Assembly (NCBI RefSeq): GCF_013122565.1
Contig: NZ_CP053258.1
Direction: 5' to 3' (one strand)
From: Escherichia coli
GTDB lineage: Bacteria > Pseudomonadota > Gammaproteobacteria > Enterobacterales > Enterobacteriaceae
DNA: 64,000 nucleotides
Shown here: positions 33,649 to 45,147 of the stretch, piece by piece
Layout of the letters: every line of letters begins with the position of its first letter
Numbering within the stretch: the first letter of the stretch is position 1
Made by a program: the position numbers and the translations under genes
The notes under the pieces: generated by a model
The model's input: only the letters and a program-made list of their open reading frames with translations
Told to the model about the DNA's origin: nothing
Databases searched by the model: none

Positions 33649-34902
33649 TTAGTGACTTTCAGCCCAGGCTCTTTCTATCTCTTCTGCCAGAATCTTCACA
33701 CCCGCCTCAATTTTATCCGGCTCCGGCACGTAGTTCATGCGCATACATTGATGCGTATGCGGCCACGGTTTATCCAGTCCCGGGAAGAAGTTGTGCCCCG
33801 GCACCATCAGCACGCCGCGTGCTTTCAGGCGCTGATAGAGCTGCTCGGTCGTAATGGGCAAATCCTTAAACCATAGCCAGAGGAAAATGGCTCCTTCCGG
33901 TTTATGAATCAGGCAGCGATTTTCCGGTAAATAGCGGCGAATGATGGCGATAGTTTCCTGAACACGCTGGTAGTAAAACGGTTTGATGACTGTTTCAGAC
34001 AGGCGCAGCAGATCGTTACGCTTAATCATTTCACACATCATCGCCGGACCAATACCGCCAGGTGCCAGGCTGATAATGCCGTTCATATTGGTGATGGCGG
34101 TGATGATTTTTTCATTGGCGATGATAATGCCGCAGCGGGAGCCTGGTAGACCCAGCTTGGAAAGACTCATGCACAGTACGATATTCGGATTCCACAGCGG
34201 GCGCGCTTCGCTGAAGATGATACCCGGGAACGGGACGCCATAAGCGTTATCAATCACCAGCGGAATGCCGTGTTGATTCGCCAGCGCGTCAAGCTTCAGC
34301 AACTCTTCGTCAGTAATCACATTGCCTGTTGGATTCGTCGGCCGGGAGACGCAAATCATCCCGGTTTCTTCGCCAATATGCAGATGCTCAAAATCGACGT
34401 GATATTTAAACTGGCCTTCCGGCAGCAGTTCAATATTCGGACGCGCAGAGACAAACAGATCTTCTTCCAGTCCGGCGTCAGCGTAGCCAATGTATTCCGG
34501 TGCCAGCGGGAACAGCACTTTTTTGACCCGACCATCGGCACGGCGTCCGGCAAACAGATTAAATAAGTAGAAAAACGCGCTCTGGCTGCCGTTTGTTAGT
34601 GCAATATTCTGTGCTTCGATATCCCAACCCAACTTCTCGCGCAGCATTCCGGCAAGCAGTGTGAGTAGCTCCGTTTTCCCCTGTGGACCGTCGTAATTGC
34701 ACAGTGCATCAGTCGCTTTGCCACTTTCCAGCATGTCGGTCAGTAGCGTCTGGAAGTAGTCCTGCATTTCCGGGATCTGCGCCGGATTACCGCCGCCGAG
34801 CATAATCGCGCCAGGCGTGCGTAAACCGTCGTTCAGATCTTCCATCAGCAGCGTAATGCCGGAGTGGCGGGTAAATTTGTCACCAAAAAGGGAGAATGTC
34901 AT
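33649..34902 (-). CDS. avtA: Valine-pyruvate aminotransferase
   Basis: ORF track 33649..35007; start trimmed to MTFSLFGDKFTRHSGITLLMEDL (417 aa, class I aminotransferase). Confidence 0.9.
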   Translation of the reverse strand: MTFSLFGDKFTRHSGITLLMEDLNDGLRTPGAIMLGGGNPAQIPEMQDYFQTLLTDMLESGKATDALCNYDGPQGKTELLTLLAGMLREKLGWDIEAQNIALTNGSQSAFFYLFNLFAGRRADGRVKKVLFPLAPEYIGYADAGLEEDLFVSARPNIELLPEGQFKYHVDFEHLHIGEETGMICVSRPTNPTGNVITDEELLKLDALANQHGIPLVIDNAYGVPFPGIIFSEARPLWNPNIVLCMSLSKLGLPGSRCGIIIANEKIITAITNMNGIISLAPGGIGPAMMCEMIKRNDLLRLSETVIKPFYYQRVQETIAIIRRYLPENRCLIHKPEGAIFLWLWFKDLPITTEQLYQRLKARGVLMVPGHNFFPGLDKPWPHTHQCMRMNYVPEPDKIEAGVKILAEEIERAWAESH

Positions 34903-35079
34903 AGCGGGATATCTGTCGAACTCTGTAGCAAGGAAGGTAACAATAACGCTACATTTGCTGGGGTGCAAATCGGTCTGTTGAAGAGTGAGCGGTGCTTTAT
35001 CCTGCAACGCTGATTAGGGCTGACATTTTATCCTGGTTGGTGGCTTCCCGAGGTCCTGACGAACGGGAAGCCGGAAAAG

Positions 35080-37110
35080 TCACTGTTGCCCAGCCCAGAT
35101 GACCAGCACTTTATCGTCGCCATGCTCACGAACAAAGCCGTAGCCCTGCTTCAGCGAAAGTGTCGTTTGTTTGCCCGCGCCAATTGCGGGATGGCGGGCG
35201 CGGAACTGGCTGATTTTCTGCCAGTGCGCGACGCTGGCGGCAGATTTACCGCTAACATCCTGCCAGTTCATATCCGAACGTGTACCTTGCAGCGGATCAG
35301 AACCGGTAGGACCGAACGGACGCGAGGATTCATCACCATAAAAGATTTGTACCGCGCCTGGCGCTAATAGTAATAACTCTGCTGCTTTGTCGCCCCCTTC
35401 ACGGAACAGGCGGGTATCATGCGACGAGAGGTAGCTCAACACGTTGAAACCCTGCAATTTCTCCGCCATTTGCTGCCAGGTCGTATCCATCTGCGCCAGA
35501 CAATCGACTGCTTTCGCCGCCTGCTCCTGATAATCGAAATTGATCATCGCATCGAAGCCGTGGCGATAGTAGTCACTTTGCATCACGCCGTGGCCCCAGG
35601 CTTCACCGGTCATCCAGAAAGGTTTGTCATCTAATGCTTTGTCGGGGTTAGCTTTTTTCCATTCGCGAAGCGCGGCGCTGGCTTCGGTTTTCAGTTGCTG
35701 CCAGGCGGGCAACTCAACATGTTTGGCGGTATCGACCCGAAAACCATCAATCCCATAGTCGCGGACCCACTGACTTAACCAGTGGGTTAAGTAATCGCGA
35801 GGTGTAAAGCCTTCGATGACTTTAGCGTGAGTATCCGTTTTGTTTTTATAGAACACCGGCAGACCAGAAGCGGTAGTTGATTCGGTTTTGATATCCGGCA
35901 AAAAGGCCAGCGACATAGTGAGATCGTCAAACCCAGGATTGTCGTAATCGCCGATATCCGTTCTGATCCAGTTTTTTCCCCACCATTTATCCCAGCCTGT
36001 TTTGTCGCTGAAATTAATGTAATCGTTAAAGCTATGCCAGGTTTGCCCGGCGGCAGGTTTCCAGTCGCTCCAGCGTTCACCCAGCGTTTTTTTCACTTCG
36101 TCACCAGAAAGATATAACGCGCCAAACTGATACTCCTGCATATCCGCCAGCGTGGCATAGCCGGTGTGGTTCATCACGACATCAAAGAGAATACGAATAC
36201 CGCGCTGATGTGCGCTATCAACCAGCGTCCGTAGATCGGCTTCGTTGCCCATATTGGCATCAAGATTCGTCCAGTCCTGTGTGTAATAACCGTGGTAGGC
36301 ATAATGCGGGAAATCACCTTTTGTACCGCCGCCGACCCAGCCGTGAATTTGCTCAAATGGGGCGCTTATCCATAAAGCATTGATGCCCAGCTGCTGGAGA
36401 TAATCCAGTTTGTTGGTCAGGCCGCGTAAATCGCCGCCGTGAAAAGTACCAATTTCTGCCATACCGTCTTTATGACGTCCGTAACTCTGGTCATTACTGG
36501 GATCGCCGTTTTCGAAACGATCTGTCAGCACAAAGTAAACCGTGGCGTTATGCCAGTCGAAAGGGGCAGGGGCGTCAGTTTCTGCCCGTTCCAGCAGGAG
36601 TAAACCGTTGCTGGTGGCAGCGGGTTGTAACGTTATTTGACCGTTCTTCACTATCGCAATTTGCTGGCTGTAATAATCCCGTACGGCGGCTCCTTCCGGA
36701 AAAGTGGCGCTGACATCCAGCGTGAGCGGTAATCCATCCCATTTCGGGCATACACGGACCTGGCTTGCTACCGGTTCGGCGGCGTTCTGGATGGAAATCA
36801 TCAATGTTGGCGTGCCGGAGCGGGTGTCTATTTGCAGCGTATATTCGCCGTCCCTGAACAATCGCCATTGCGGCGGCGTGTTGCTACAAGGTTGCAGGGA
36901 AAGCATCTGATTGAGTTTTATCGCATCCGCAGGCTGCCAGCACTGTTGGTCAAAATTTAGCGTTAGTGGACGCGTACCTTTGGGCAACTGTGCGTGGCTG
37001 ACAAATGTTCCCGTTCCCTGTTCGCTAAAGGCGGGAAAGCCCGGAGAAGTCCAGCTGGCGGCAACGGCGAAGCCAGGAAGGAGTGTCAGAAAACAGGCGG
37101 CGAGTTTCAT
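35080..37110 (-). CDS. malS: Periplasmic alpha-amylase
   Basis: 676-aa ORF with signal peptide MKLAACFLTLLPGFAVAAS; GH13 motifs (GFRVDTAKH, FLPDIKTE). Confidence 0.9.
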   Translation of the reverse strand: MKLAACFLTLLPGFAVAASWTSPGFPAFSEQGTGTFVSHAQLPKGTRPLTLNFDQQCWQPADAIKLNQMLSLQPCSNTPPQWRLFRDGEYTLQIDTRSGTPTLMISIQNAAEPVASQVRVCPKWDGLPLTLDVSATFPEGAAVRDYYSQQIAIVKNGQITLQPAATSNGLLLLERAETDAPAPFDWHNATVYFVLTDRFENGDPSNDQSYGRHKDGMAEIGTFHGGDLRGLTNKLDYLQQLGINALWISAPFEQIHGWVGGGTKGDFPHYAYHGYYTQDWTNLDANMGNEADLRTLVDSAHQRGIRILFDVVMNHTGYATLADMQEYQFGALYLSGDEVKKTLGERWSDWKPAAGQTWHSFNDYINFSDKTGWDKWWGKNWIRTDIGDYDNPGFDDLTMSLAFLPDIKTESTTASGLPVFYKNKTDTHAKVIEGFTPRDYLTHWLSQWVRDYGIDGFRVDTAKHVELPAWQQLKTEASAALREWKKANPDKALDDKPFWMTGEAWGHGVMQSDYYRHGFDAMINFDYQEQAAKAVDCLAQMDTTWQQMAEKLQGFNVLSYLSSHDTRLFREGGDKAAELLLLAPGAVQIFYGDESSRPFGPTGSDPLQGTRSDMNWQDVSGKSAASVAHWQKISQFRARHPAIGAGKQTTLSLKQGYGFVREHGDDKVLVIWAGQQ

Positions 37111-37429
37111 GGCGGATGAGTCCTTATTGCTGCGATTTCAGACAGTTTGCCAGCGATAAGCCAGACAAAACTCATCCCTGAGCGGTAAGTCCACAGGATG
37201 AGAAGCAAGGGTGAGCGATCTCGCGCAAAAAACGGCTGAATTTTGCGATAAACCCCACATTTTCTGCGATTTAGCGCCAATCTGAATCGTTAACACGTGA
37301 CATAGTTTCAGATTTGGACTATTCCTTGGGGTGCTCTTGACAGCTATTTTTGATATGATTTGAGATTCAACTCTCAAATTTGTGAAAAATATAAGGTGTT
37401 GGAATGATTAAATCCGACCAGGAGACCTG

Positions 37430-38254
37430 ATGATTTTGACTCCCATACGACGATATGGGGCGATGATTCTTATGTTACTCACTCTGGTGTTTTCGAGTGA
37501 GGTGTTAGCGAAGACGCACACAACAACAGCGAGTCAAAAGTCCCACTTAACTAAAGCTAGTAATAAACAGGTAAGCAGTAAACAAGAGTATTCTCGCAAT
37601 AGTGCAAAGAGTAGTTCACTTCCTGATTTGCGAAAATACCCTTCCGGAACACCAAGGAAAAAGGCGTTTCTCCGGACCGTAATGCCTTACATTACCAGCC
37701 AAAATGCAGCCATTACTGCAGAACGTAACTGGCTGATTTCAAAACAGTATCAGGGCCAATGGTCACCTGCTGAGCGTGCGCGTCTGAAAGACATCGCCAA
37801 ACGCTACAAGGTGAAGTGGTCTGGTAATACGCGAAAAATCCCGTGGAATACCTTGCTTGAACGCGTAGACATTATCCCCACCAGTATGGTGGCGACGATG
37901 GCTGCAGCAGAAAGCGGTTGGGGAACGTCAAAGCTGGCGCGCAACAACAACAATCTTTTCGGCATGAAATGCATGAAAGGACGTTGTACCAATGCGCCGG
38001 GTAAAGTGAAAGGGTACTCACAGTTTAGTTCTGTCAAAGAATCGGTGAGCGCCTATGTCACTAACCTCAATACGCATCCGGCTTACTCTTCGTTCCGTAA
38101 ATCGCGTGCACAGCTGCGTAAAGCGGATCAGGAAGTGACTGCCACAGCGATGATTCACAAGCTGAAGGGCTACTCGACCAAAGGGAAGAGTTATAACAAC
38201 TACCTGTTCGCAATGTACCAGGATAACCAACGGTTAATCGCGGCGCATATGTAA
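37430..38254 (+). CDS. bax: Bax protein (glucosaminidase-domain protein)
   Basis: 274-aa ORF MILTPIRRYGAMILMLLTLVFSSEVLA... Confidence 0.85.
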   Translation: MILTPIRRYGAMILMLLTLVFSSEVLAKTHTTTASQKSHLTKASNKQVSSKQEYSRNSAKSSSLPDLRKYPSGTPRKKAFLRTVMPYITSQNAAITAERNWLISKQYQGQWSPAERARLKDIAKRYKVKWSGNTRKIPWNTLLERVDIIPTSMVATMAAAESGWGTSKLARNNNNLFGMKCMKGRCTNAPGKVKGYSQFSSVKESVSAYVTNLNTHPAYSSFRKSRAQLRKADQEVTATAMIHKLKGYSTKGKSYNNYLFAMYQDNQRLIAAHM

Positions 38255-38267
38255 TTGTATTTCCTCG

Positions 38268-38350
38268 AGCCTTATCCGAATTGTCGGTCGGATAAGGCTT
38301 TTGATCGCATCAGGTGGTTGTGCTGAGTTACCTGATGCGACGCCGACAAT
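38268..38350. repeat. REP-type palindromic elements between bax and xylR
   Basis: gccttatccgaattgtcggtcggataaggc and gcatcaggtg...cctgatgcgacgc inverted repeats. Confidence 0.7.
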
Positions 38351-38361
38351 TCTCATCATCG

Positions 38362-39540
38362 CTACAACATGACCTCGCTATTTACATCGCGATACTCTTT
38401 TGGCGTCGTGTCATATGCTTTTTTAAAAACAGAGTAGAAATATTGCAGCGATGGATAACCGCACATTTGCGATATCTCATTGATCGACAAGGTGGTTGAA
38501 ATCAGCAGACTGCGCGCTTTCTCCAGCTTCTCGGCATGAATCATGGCATGGATGGTTTCACCCACCTCTTCTTTAAAACGCTTCTCAAGATTGGAGCGCG
38601 AGATCCCGACCGCATCGAGTACCTGATCCACTTTAATCCCTTTACAGGCGTGATTACGAATGTAATGCATGGCCTGAATAACGGCGGGATCGGTCAGCGA
38701 ACGGTAATCTGTTGAGCGCCGTTCAATGACGCGAACTGGAGGGACCAAAATCCGCTGTAGCGGCATTTCTTCTTTATCTAATAATCGATGCAACAGTTTT
38801 GCCGCCTGATAGCCCATTTGCCGCGCGCCCTGAGCGACCGAAGAAAGGGCGACACGCGACAGATAGCGGGTCAGTTCTTCGTTGTCGATGCCAATCACGC
38901 ATAATTTTTCCGGTACGGGAATGTGTAGATGTTCACATACTTGCAGAATATGCCGCGCCCGGGCGTCAGTAACGGCAATAATCCCGGTTTGCGGTGGCAG
39001 CGTTTGTAGCCAGTCTGCCAGCCGATTTTGCGCGTGTTGCCAGTTCTCTGGTGCGGTTTCTAACCCCTGATAAACCACTCCGCGATACTTTTCTTCGGCG
39101 ACAAGCTGACGAAATGCATATTCGCGTTCAGTGGCCCAACGTTTGCCGCTTGATTCCGGAAGACCATAAAAAGCAAAGCGGTTAACGCCTTTCTCTTTTA
39201 AATGCAAAAATGCGCTTTCAACCAGCGCATAGTTATCGGTGGCAATGTAATGAACGGGTGGGTAACTTTCTGCAAGGTGATACGAGCCGCCAACCCCAAC
39301 AATGGGGACGTCGACATCAGCCAGCGCTTGCTCGATTTGTTTGTCGTCGAAGTCGGCAATGACGCCATCTCCTAACCAGTCCTTGATTTTATCAATGCGG
39401 GCGCGGAAATCTTCTTCAATGAAAATATCCCATTCTGATTGTGATGCCTGTAAATATTCCCCTACGCCTTCTACTACCTGCCGGTCATAGGCTTTATTGG
39501 CATTGAACAGTAATGTGATGCGGTGACGTTTAGTAAACAT
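38362..39540 (-). CDS. xylR: Xylose operon transcriptional activator
   Basis: 392-aa ORF MFTKRHRITLLFNANKAYDRQVVEGVGEYLQ...; C-terminal AraC-type HTH. Confidence 0.95.
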   Translation of the reverse strand: MFTKRHRITLLFNANKAYDRQVVEGVGEYLQASQSEWDIFIEEDFRARIDKIKDWLGDGVIADFDDKQIEQALADVDVPIVGVGGSYHLAESYPPVHYIATDNYALVESAFLHLKEKGVNRFAFYGLPESSGKRWATEREYAFRQLVAEEKYRGVVYQGLETAPENWQHAQNRLADWLQTLPPQTGIIAVTDARARHILQVCEHLHIPVPEKLCVIGIDNEELTRYLSRVALSSVAQGARQMGYQAAKLLHRLLDKEEMPLQRILVPPVRVIERRSTDYRSLTDPAVIQAMHYIRNHACKGIKVDQVLDAVGISRSNLEKRFKEEVGETIHAMIHAEKLEKARSLLISTTLSINEISQMCGYPSLQYFYSVFKKAYDTTPKEYRDVNSEVML

Positions 39541-39617
39541 GGTTCTTTTCCTGCTGAATCATGCAAAAACTCAAAACCGGTAATACGTAACCGGCTTTGA
39601 GAAAATTTTTATCAAAA

Positions 39618-40799
39618 TCAAGAACGGCGTTTGGTTGCGGAGTCCATCCATACTGCCAGCAACAGAATCGCACCTTTAACGATATACTGCCAGAAGGTCG
39701 GTACATCCATCATACTCATACCGTTATCCAGTGAAGCCATGATGAATGCCCCCATTACCGCTCCAGCCACGCTCCCGACGCCGCCTGCCAGACTGGTGCC
39801 GCCAATCACGCATGCTGCAATTGCGTCCAGCTCGGCGATATTCCCCGCAGAAGGTGAACCAGCGCCAAGTCGAGAACTGAGGATTAATCCGGCGATGGCT
39901 ACCATTAATCCGTTAATAGCGAACACGGCAAGTTTGGTGCGTTCAACGTTAATGCCGGAGAGACGTGCTGCTTCCAGATTGCCGCCGATGGCATAAATGC
40001 GTCGTCCAAATGCCGTCCGCGTTGCCATAAACATTCCGCCGAGTAACAGCAACGTCAGCAGCAGAACAGGAGTGGGAACGCCACGATAATCATTCAACAG
40101 CCAGATTGCGCCTAATACGATGATAGCGGTTAAAGCCTGGCGACCGACTACTGCGGTAGAGGCCGGAGACTGCAAACCCAAAGCCTGACGGCGCATTCTT
40201 CCGCGCCATTGCCAGCCAACAAAAGCCATTAAGCCAAGCGCGCCAATGATGAAGCCGGTGCTGGCAGGTAGATAGCTTTGCCCAATTTGTGACATCGCGG
40301 CGCTGGTGGGGGAAACAGTCGTGCCGTTGGTAATGCCAATGAGTATGCCGCGAAATGCCAACATGCCCGCGAGGGTGACAATAAATGAAGGGACTTTGCG
40401 GTACGCGACCCACCATCCGTTCCAGGCACCGAGAAGCAGTCCCAGAACCAGCGTTACAATGATGGTAAGTGGCAAAGGCCAGCCTAACCAGACGTCGCAA
40501 ATCGCCGCGACGCCACCTAACAGCCCCATCATTGAGCCGACGGAAAGGTCGATTTCAGCAGAAATTATGACGAACACCATTCCTACCGCGAGGATGCCGG
40601 TAATCGCGGTCTGGCGTAACAGGTTGGAGACGTTACGGGCGCTTAAGTAGGCACCCTCGGTGGTCCAGGTAAAGAACAGCATGATTGCGATGATAGCTGC
40701 AATCATCACGAAGACCTGCAAATTTAGTGACTTCAGCCCGGAAAAGCCACCGGATGTCGGTACGGCCAATTTCACTTCAGACGGATTGCTTTTCGACAT
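39618..40799 (-). CDS. xylH: Xylose ABC transporter permease
   Basis: 393-aa polytopic membrane ORF; overlaps xylG end by 23 nt. Confidence 0.9.
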   Translation of the reverse strand: MSKSNPSEVKLAVPTSGGFSGLKSLNLQVFVMIAAIIAIMLFFTWTTEGAYLSARNVSNLLRQTAITGILAVGMVFVIISAEIDLSVGSMMGLLGGVAAICDVWLGWPLPLTIIVTLVLGLLLGAWNGWWVAYRKVPSFIVTLAGMLAFRGILIGITNGTTVSPTSAAMSQIGQSYLPASTGFIIGALGLMAFVGWQWRGRMRRQALGLQSPASTAVVGRQALTAIIVLGAIWLLNDYRGVPTPVLLLTLLLLGGMFMATRTAFGRRIYAIGGNLEAARLSGINVERTKLAVFAINGLMVAIAGLILSSRLGAGSPSAGNIAELDAIAACVIGGTSLAGGVGSVAGAVMGAFIMASLDNGMSMMDVPTFWQYIVKGAILLLAVWMDSATKRRS

Positions 40800-42318
40800 G
40801 ATGTTCGCTCCTCAATGCGGCTTCCATCACCTGCTCCTGAGTCAGGTTATGATTTATCAGGTTGGCTTTTAGTTTCCCTTCATGCATCACCAGTACACGA
40901 TCGCTAAGGCCGAGCACTTCAGGTAATTCGGAAGAGATGACAATAACGGCAATACCCTGCTGGACGAGTTGGTTAATTAATTTGTAGATCTCATATTTCG
41001 CGCCAATATCAATACCCCTGGTAGGTTCATCAAGAATGAGAATGCGCGGGTTGAGTAACAGACAGCGGGCGAGGATCGCTTTTTGCTGATTGCCGCCGCT
41101 CAAACGTCCAATAGCAAGGTCGGGGGACGACGTTTTAACTTTGAGTTGCTGGATTGATTCCAGAATACATTTTTGCTCTGCCGCGTCATCAAGCTGGCTA
41201 ATGCCACCGGTAAATTTATTGAGTGCGGCGAGGGTAATATTTTTACCAACCGCCATTACCGGAACGATGCCGTCGCGCTTTCTGTCTTCGGGGACCATCG
41301 CAATCCCCTGGGCGATGGCTTGCTGACAGTTACGAATATCTACCTGTTTGCCATCAATATAAATTTTTCCTTCCCATTGTCCGGGCCACACACCAAACAG
41401 GCACTGAATGGTCTCGGTACGTCCGGCACCAACGAGTCCGGCAATACCCAGTATTTCGCCACGTTTCAGGGAAAACGAGACATCATTAACTCGTTTAATA
41501 TGACGATTAACCGGATGCCATGCCGTCAGATGTTCAATACGTAATATTTCATCTCCGGTGGTATGTGGTTCATTAGGGTAAAGCGCGGTTAACTCTCGCC
41601 CGACCATCATGGTGATAATATCGTCTTCACTCATTCCGGCAGCATCACGCGTACCAATGTGCTGTCCGTCGCGAATAACGCAAATCGTATCGGAAATCGC
41701 TTTGACTTCGTTGAGTTTGTGCGAAATATAAATACAGGCGATACCGTGCTGTTGTAGATCGCGAATAATATCCAGTAAAACCGACGTTTCCTGCTCAGTT
41801 AATGAGGCTGTCGGTTCATCGAGAATTAACAAGCGCACCTGTTTATTAAGTGCCTTGGCTATTTCAACCAGTTGTTGTTGCCCAAGCCCTAAATCTCCCA
41901 CGCGGGTATCTGGTGAAATGGATAAACTGACCTGTGCGAGCAGCTTCTGACAGCGTAGCGTCATCAGGTCATAATCCATAATACCATTGTGGGTTATTTC
42001 GTTACCCAGGAAGATATTTTCCAGTACGGTCAATTCTTTCACCAGGGCCAATTCCTGGTGAATGATGGCGATACCTTTGCGTTCGGTATCGCGGATGTGA
42101 CTCGCCTGAATCTCTTCTCCCGCAAAAATAATTTCGCCTTCGTAGGAGCCATGGGGATAAATACCACACAGCACTTTCATCAGCGTTGATTTACCAGACC
42201 CATTTTCCCCACAGAGTGAGACGATTTCGCCAGCATTCAACCGCAAGCTGACGTTATCAATCGCCTTCACACTGCCGAAGGTTTTGGTAATGTTCTTCAT
42301 TTCAAGTAGATAAGGCAT
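40777..42318 (-). CDS. xylG: Xylose ABC transporter ATP-binding protein
   Basis: 513-aa ORF with two ABC domains (GENGSGKST; LSGGNQQK). Confidence 0.95.
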   Translation of the reverse strand: MPYLLEMKNITKTFGSVKAIDNVSLRLNAGEIVSLCGENGSGKSTLMKVLCGIYPHGSYEGEIIFAGEEIQASHIRDTERKGIAIIHQELALVKELTVLENIFLGNEITHNGIMDYDLMTLRCQKLLAQVSLSISPDTRVGDLGLGQQQLVEIAKALNKQVRLLILDEPTASLTEQETSVLLDIIRDLQQHGIACIYISHKLNEVKAISDTICVIRDGQHIGTRDAAGMSEDDIITMMVGRELTALYPNEPHTTGDEILRIEHLTAWHPVNRHIKRVNDVSFSLKRGEILGIAGLVGAGRTETIQCLFGVWPGQWEGKIYIDGKQVDIRNCQQAIAQGIAMVPEDRKRDGIVPVMAVGKNITLAALNKFTGGISQLDDAAEQKCILESIQQLKVKTSSPDLAIGRLSGGNQQKAILARCLLLNPRILILDEPTRGIDIGAKYEIYKLINQLVQQGIAVIVISSELPEVLGLSDRVLVMHEGKLKANLINHNLTQEQVMEAALRSEHHVEKQSV

Positions 42319-42395
42319 AACGACTCCACCTAAGCCAATTCATTCACGCGGCATGGAGAGAAATCACGCCCCCGCTCCTCGCCGGGGCGTAACGC

Positions 42396-43388
42396 TTACA
42401 GCTCGCTCTCTTTGTGGAATCCGTCTTTGACTACCGTATCTTTGATGTTGTTTTTATTCACATCGATCGGTGTCAGCAGGCGGGAGGGAACATCTTTCAG
42501 GCCATTATTCAGTGTGGTATCTGCTTTTGGTTCCTGACCATTGCCCAACTCAACGGCAATTTCTGCGGCAGTATTTGCCAGCAATGTAATAGGTTTATAC
42601 ACCGTCATAGTTTGCGTACCGGCAGCAATACGTTTAATACCTGCGAGATCCGCATCCTGGCCAGAAATTGCTACTTTCCCTGATAAACCTTGCGCGCTTA
42701 ATGCCTGAATTGCCCCACCTGCGGTGGCATCATTTGAGGCAACTACAGCATCAATTTTGTTATTATTGGCGGTTAGCGCGTTTTCCATAATTTTCAATGC
42801 GTTTTCCGGTAACCAGCCATCAACCCATTGGTCACCAACGACTTTAATTTTTCCGGAATCAACGTAAGGTTGTAACACTTTCATTTGTCCGGCGCGGAAC
42901 AGCTTGGCGTTGTTATCTACCGGAGAGCCGCCCATCAGGAAGTAATTACCTTGTGGAACAATATCGACCAGGGCTTTTGCCTGCAGTTCACCGACTTTTT
43001 CGTTATCGAAAGAAATATAAAAATCGATATCCGCATCGTTAATCATACGGTCGTAAGCTAATACTTTAATACCTTCTTGTTTGGCTTCTTTTACAACGTT
43101 ACTTAATACCTGACCGTTATACGGAATAATGACAAGAACATCGACACCCCGGTTAATCATGTTTTCAATCTGCGACATTTGTGTTTCTTCATTGCCATTT
43201 GCAGACTGTACAAATACTTTCGCGCCGAGAGATTCTGCCTTTTTCACAAAGATATCTCGATCTTTTTGCCAGCGTTCAAGACGGAGATCATCAATCGCCA
43301 TACCTATTTTGACTTCTTTGGCGTGTGCCGCAACGTTGGTAAGCAGAAGTGAGGTGCAAAGGGTGAGTAGAATGTTCTTTATTTTCAT
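42396..43388 (-). CDS. xylF: D-xylose ABC transporter periplasmic binding protein
   Basis: ORF track 42396..43466; start trimmed to MKIKNILLTLCTSLLLTNVAAHA (330 aa). Confidence 0.9.
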   Translation of the reverse strand: MKIKNILLTLCTSLLLTNVAAHAKEVKIGMAIDDLRLERWQKDRDIFVKKAESLGAKVFVQSANGNEETQMSQIENMINRGVDVLVIIPYNGQVLSNVVKEAKQEGIKVLAYDRMINDADIDFYISFDNEKVGELQAKALVDIVPQGNYFLMGGSPVDNNAKLFRAGQMKVLQPYVDSGKIKVVGDQWVDGWLPENALKIMENALTANNNKIDAVVASNDATAGGAIQALSAQGLSGKVAISGQDADLAGIKRIAAGTQTMTVYKPITLLANTAAEIAVELGNGQEPKADTTLNNGLKDVPSRLLTPIDVNKNNIKDTVVKDGFHKESEL

Positions 43389-43753
43389 GGTGTAGGGCCT
43401 TCTGTAGTTAGAGGACAGCTTTAATAAGTAACAATCACCGCGATAAACGTAACCAATTTTTAGCAACTAAACAGGGGAAAACAATTACAGATTTTTATCT
43501 TTCGATTACGATTTTTGGTTTATTTCTTGATTTATGACCGAGATCTTACTTTTGTTGCGCAATTGTACTTATTGCATTTTTCTCTTCGAGGAATTACCCA
43601 GTTTCATCATTCCATTTTATTTTGCGAGCGAGCGCACACTTGTGAATTATCTCAATAGCAGTGTGAAATAACATAATTGAGCAACTGAAAGGGAGTGCCC
43701 AATATTACAACATCATCCATCACCCGCGGCATTACCTGATTATGGAGTTCAAT
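43389..43753. promoter_or_regulatory. Divergent xylA / xylF promoter region (expected XylR and CRP control)
   Basis: AT-rich intergenic region between divergent xylF and xylA; contains a TGTGA half-site (cttgtgaattatctcaat). Exact operator positions not resolved by eye. Confidence 0.5.
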
Positions 43754-45076
43754 ATGCAAGCCTATTTTGACCAGCTCGATCGCGTTCGTTATGAAGGCTC
43801 AAAATCCTCAAACCCGTTAGCATTCCGTCACTACAATCCCGACGAACTGGTGTTGGGCAAGCGTATGGAAGAGCACTTGCGTTTTGCCGCCTGCTACTGG
43901 CACACCTTCTGCTGGAACGGGGCGGATATGTTTGGTGTGGGGGCGTTTAATCGTCCGTGGCAGCAGCCTGGTGAGGCACTGGCGTTGGCGAAGCGTAAAG
44001 CAGATGTCGCATTTGAGTTTTTCCACAAGTTACATGTGCCATTTTATTGCTTCCACGATGTGGATGTTTCCCCTGAGGGCGCGTCGTTAAAAGAGTACAT
44101 CAATAATTTTGCGCAAATGGTTGATGTCCTGGCAGGCAAGCAAGAAGAGAGCGGCGTGAAGCTGCTGTGGGGAACCGCTAACTGCTTTACAAACCCTCGC
44201 TATGGCGCGGGTGCGGCGACGAACCCAGATCCTGAAGTCTTCAGTTGGGCGGCAACGCAAGTTGTTACAGCGATGGAAGCAACCCATAAATTGGGCGGTG
44301 AAAACTATGTCCTGTGGGGCGGTCGTGAAGGTTACGAAACTCTGTTAAATACCGACCTGCGTCAGGAGCGTGAACAACTGGGCCGCTTTATGCAAATGGT
44401 GGTTGAGCATAAACATAAAATCGGCTTCCAGGGCACGTTGCTTATCGAACCGAAACCGCAAGAACCGACCAAACATCAATATGATTACGATGCTGCGACA
44501 GTCTATGGCTTCCTGAAACAGTTTGGTCTGGAAAAAGAGATTAAACTGAACATTGAAGCTAACCATGCGACGCTGGCAGGTCACTCTTTCCATCATGAAA
44601 TAGCCACCGCCATTGCGCTTGGCCTGTTCGGTTCTGTCGACGCCAACCGTGGTGATGCACAACTGGGCTGGGACACCGACCAGTTCCCGAACAGTGTGGA
44701 AGAGAATGCGCTGGTGATGTATGAAATTCTCAAAGCAGGCGGTTTCACCACCGGCGGTCTGAACTTCGATGCCAAAGTACGTCGTCAAAGTACTGATAAA
44801 TATGATCTGTTTTACGGTCATATCGGCGCGATGGATACGATGGCACTGGCGCTGAAAATTGCAGCGCGCATGATTGAAGATGGCGAGCTGGATAAACGCA
44901 TCGCGCAGCGTTATTCCGGCTGGAATAGCGAATTAGGCCAGCAAATCCTGAAAGGCCAAATGTCACTGGCAGATTTAGCCAAATATGCTCAGGAACATAA
45001 TTTGTCTCCGGTGCATCAGAGTGGTCGCCAGGAACAACTGGAAAATCTGGTAAATCATTATCTGTTCGACAAATAA
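43754..45076 (+). CDS. xylA: Xylose isomerase
   Basis: ORF track 43742..45076; start taken at [31 protein letters not shown] (440 aa). Confidence 0.95.
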
Positions 45077-45147
45077 CGGCTAACTGTGCAGTCCGTTGGC
45101 CCGGTTATCGGTAGCGATACCGGGCATTTTTTTAAGGAACGATCGAT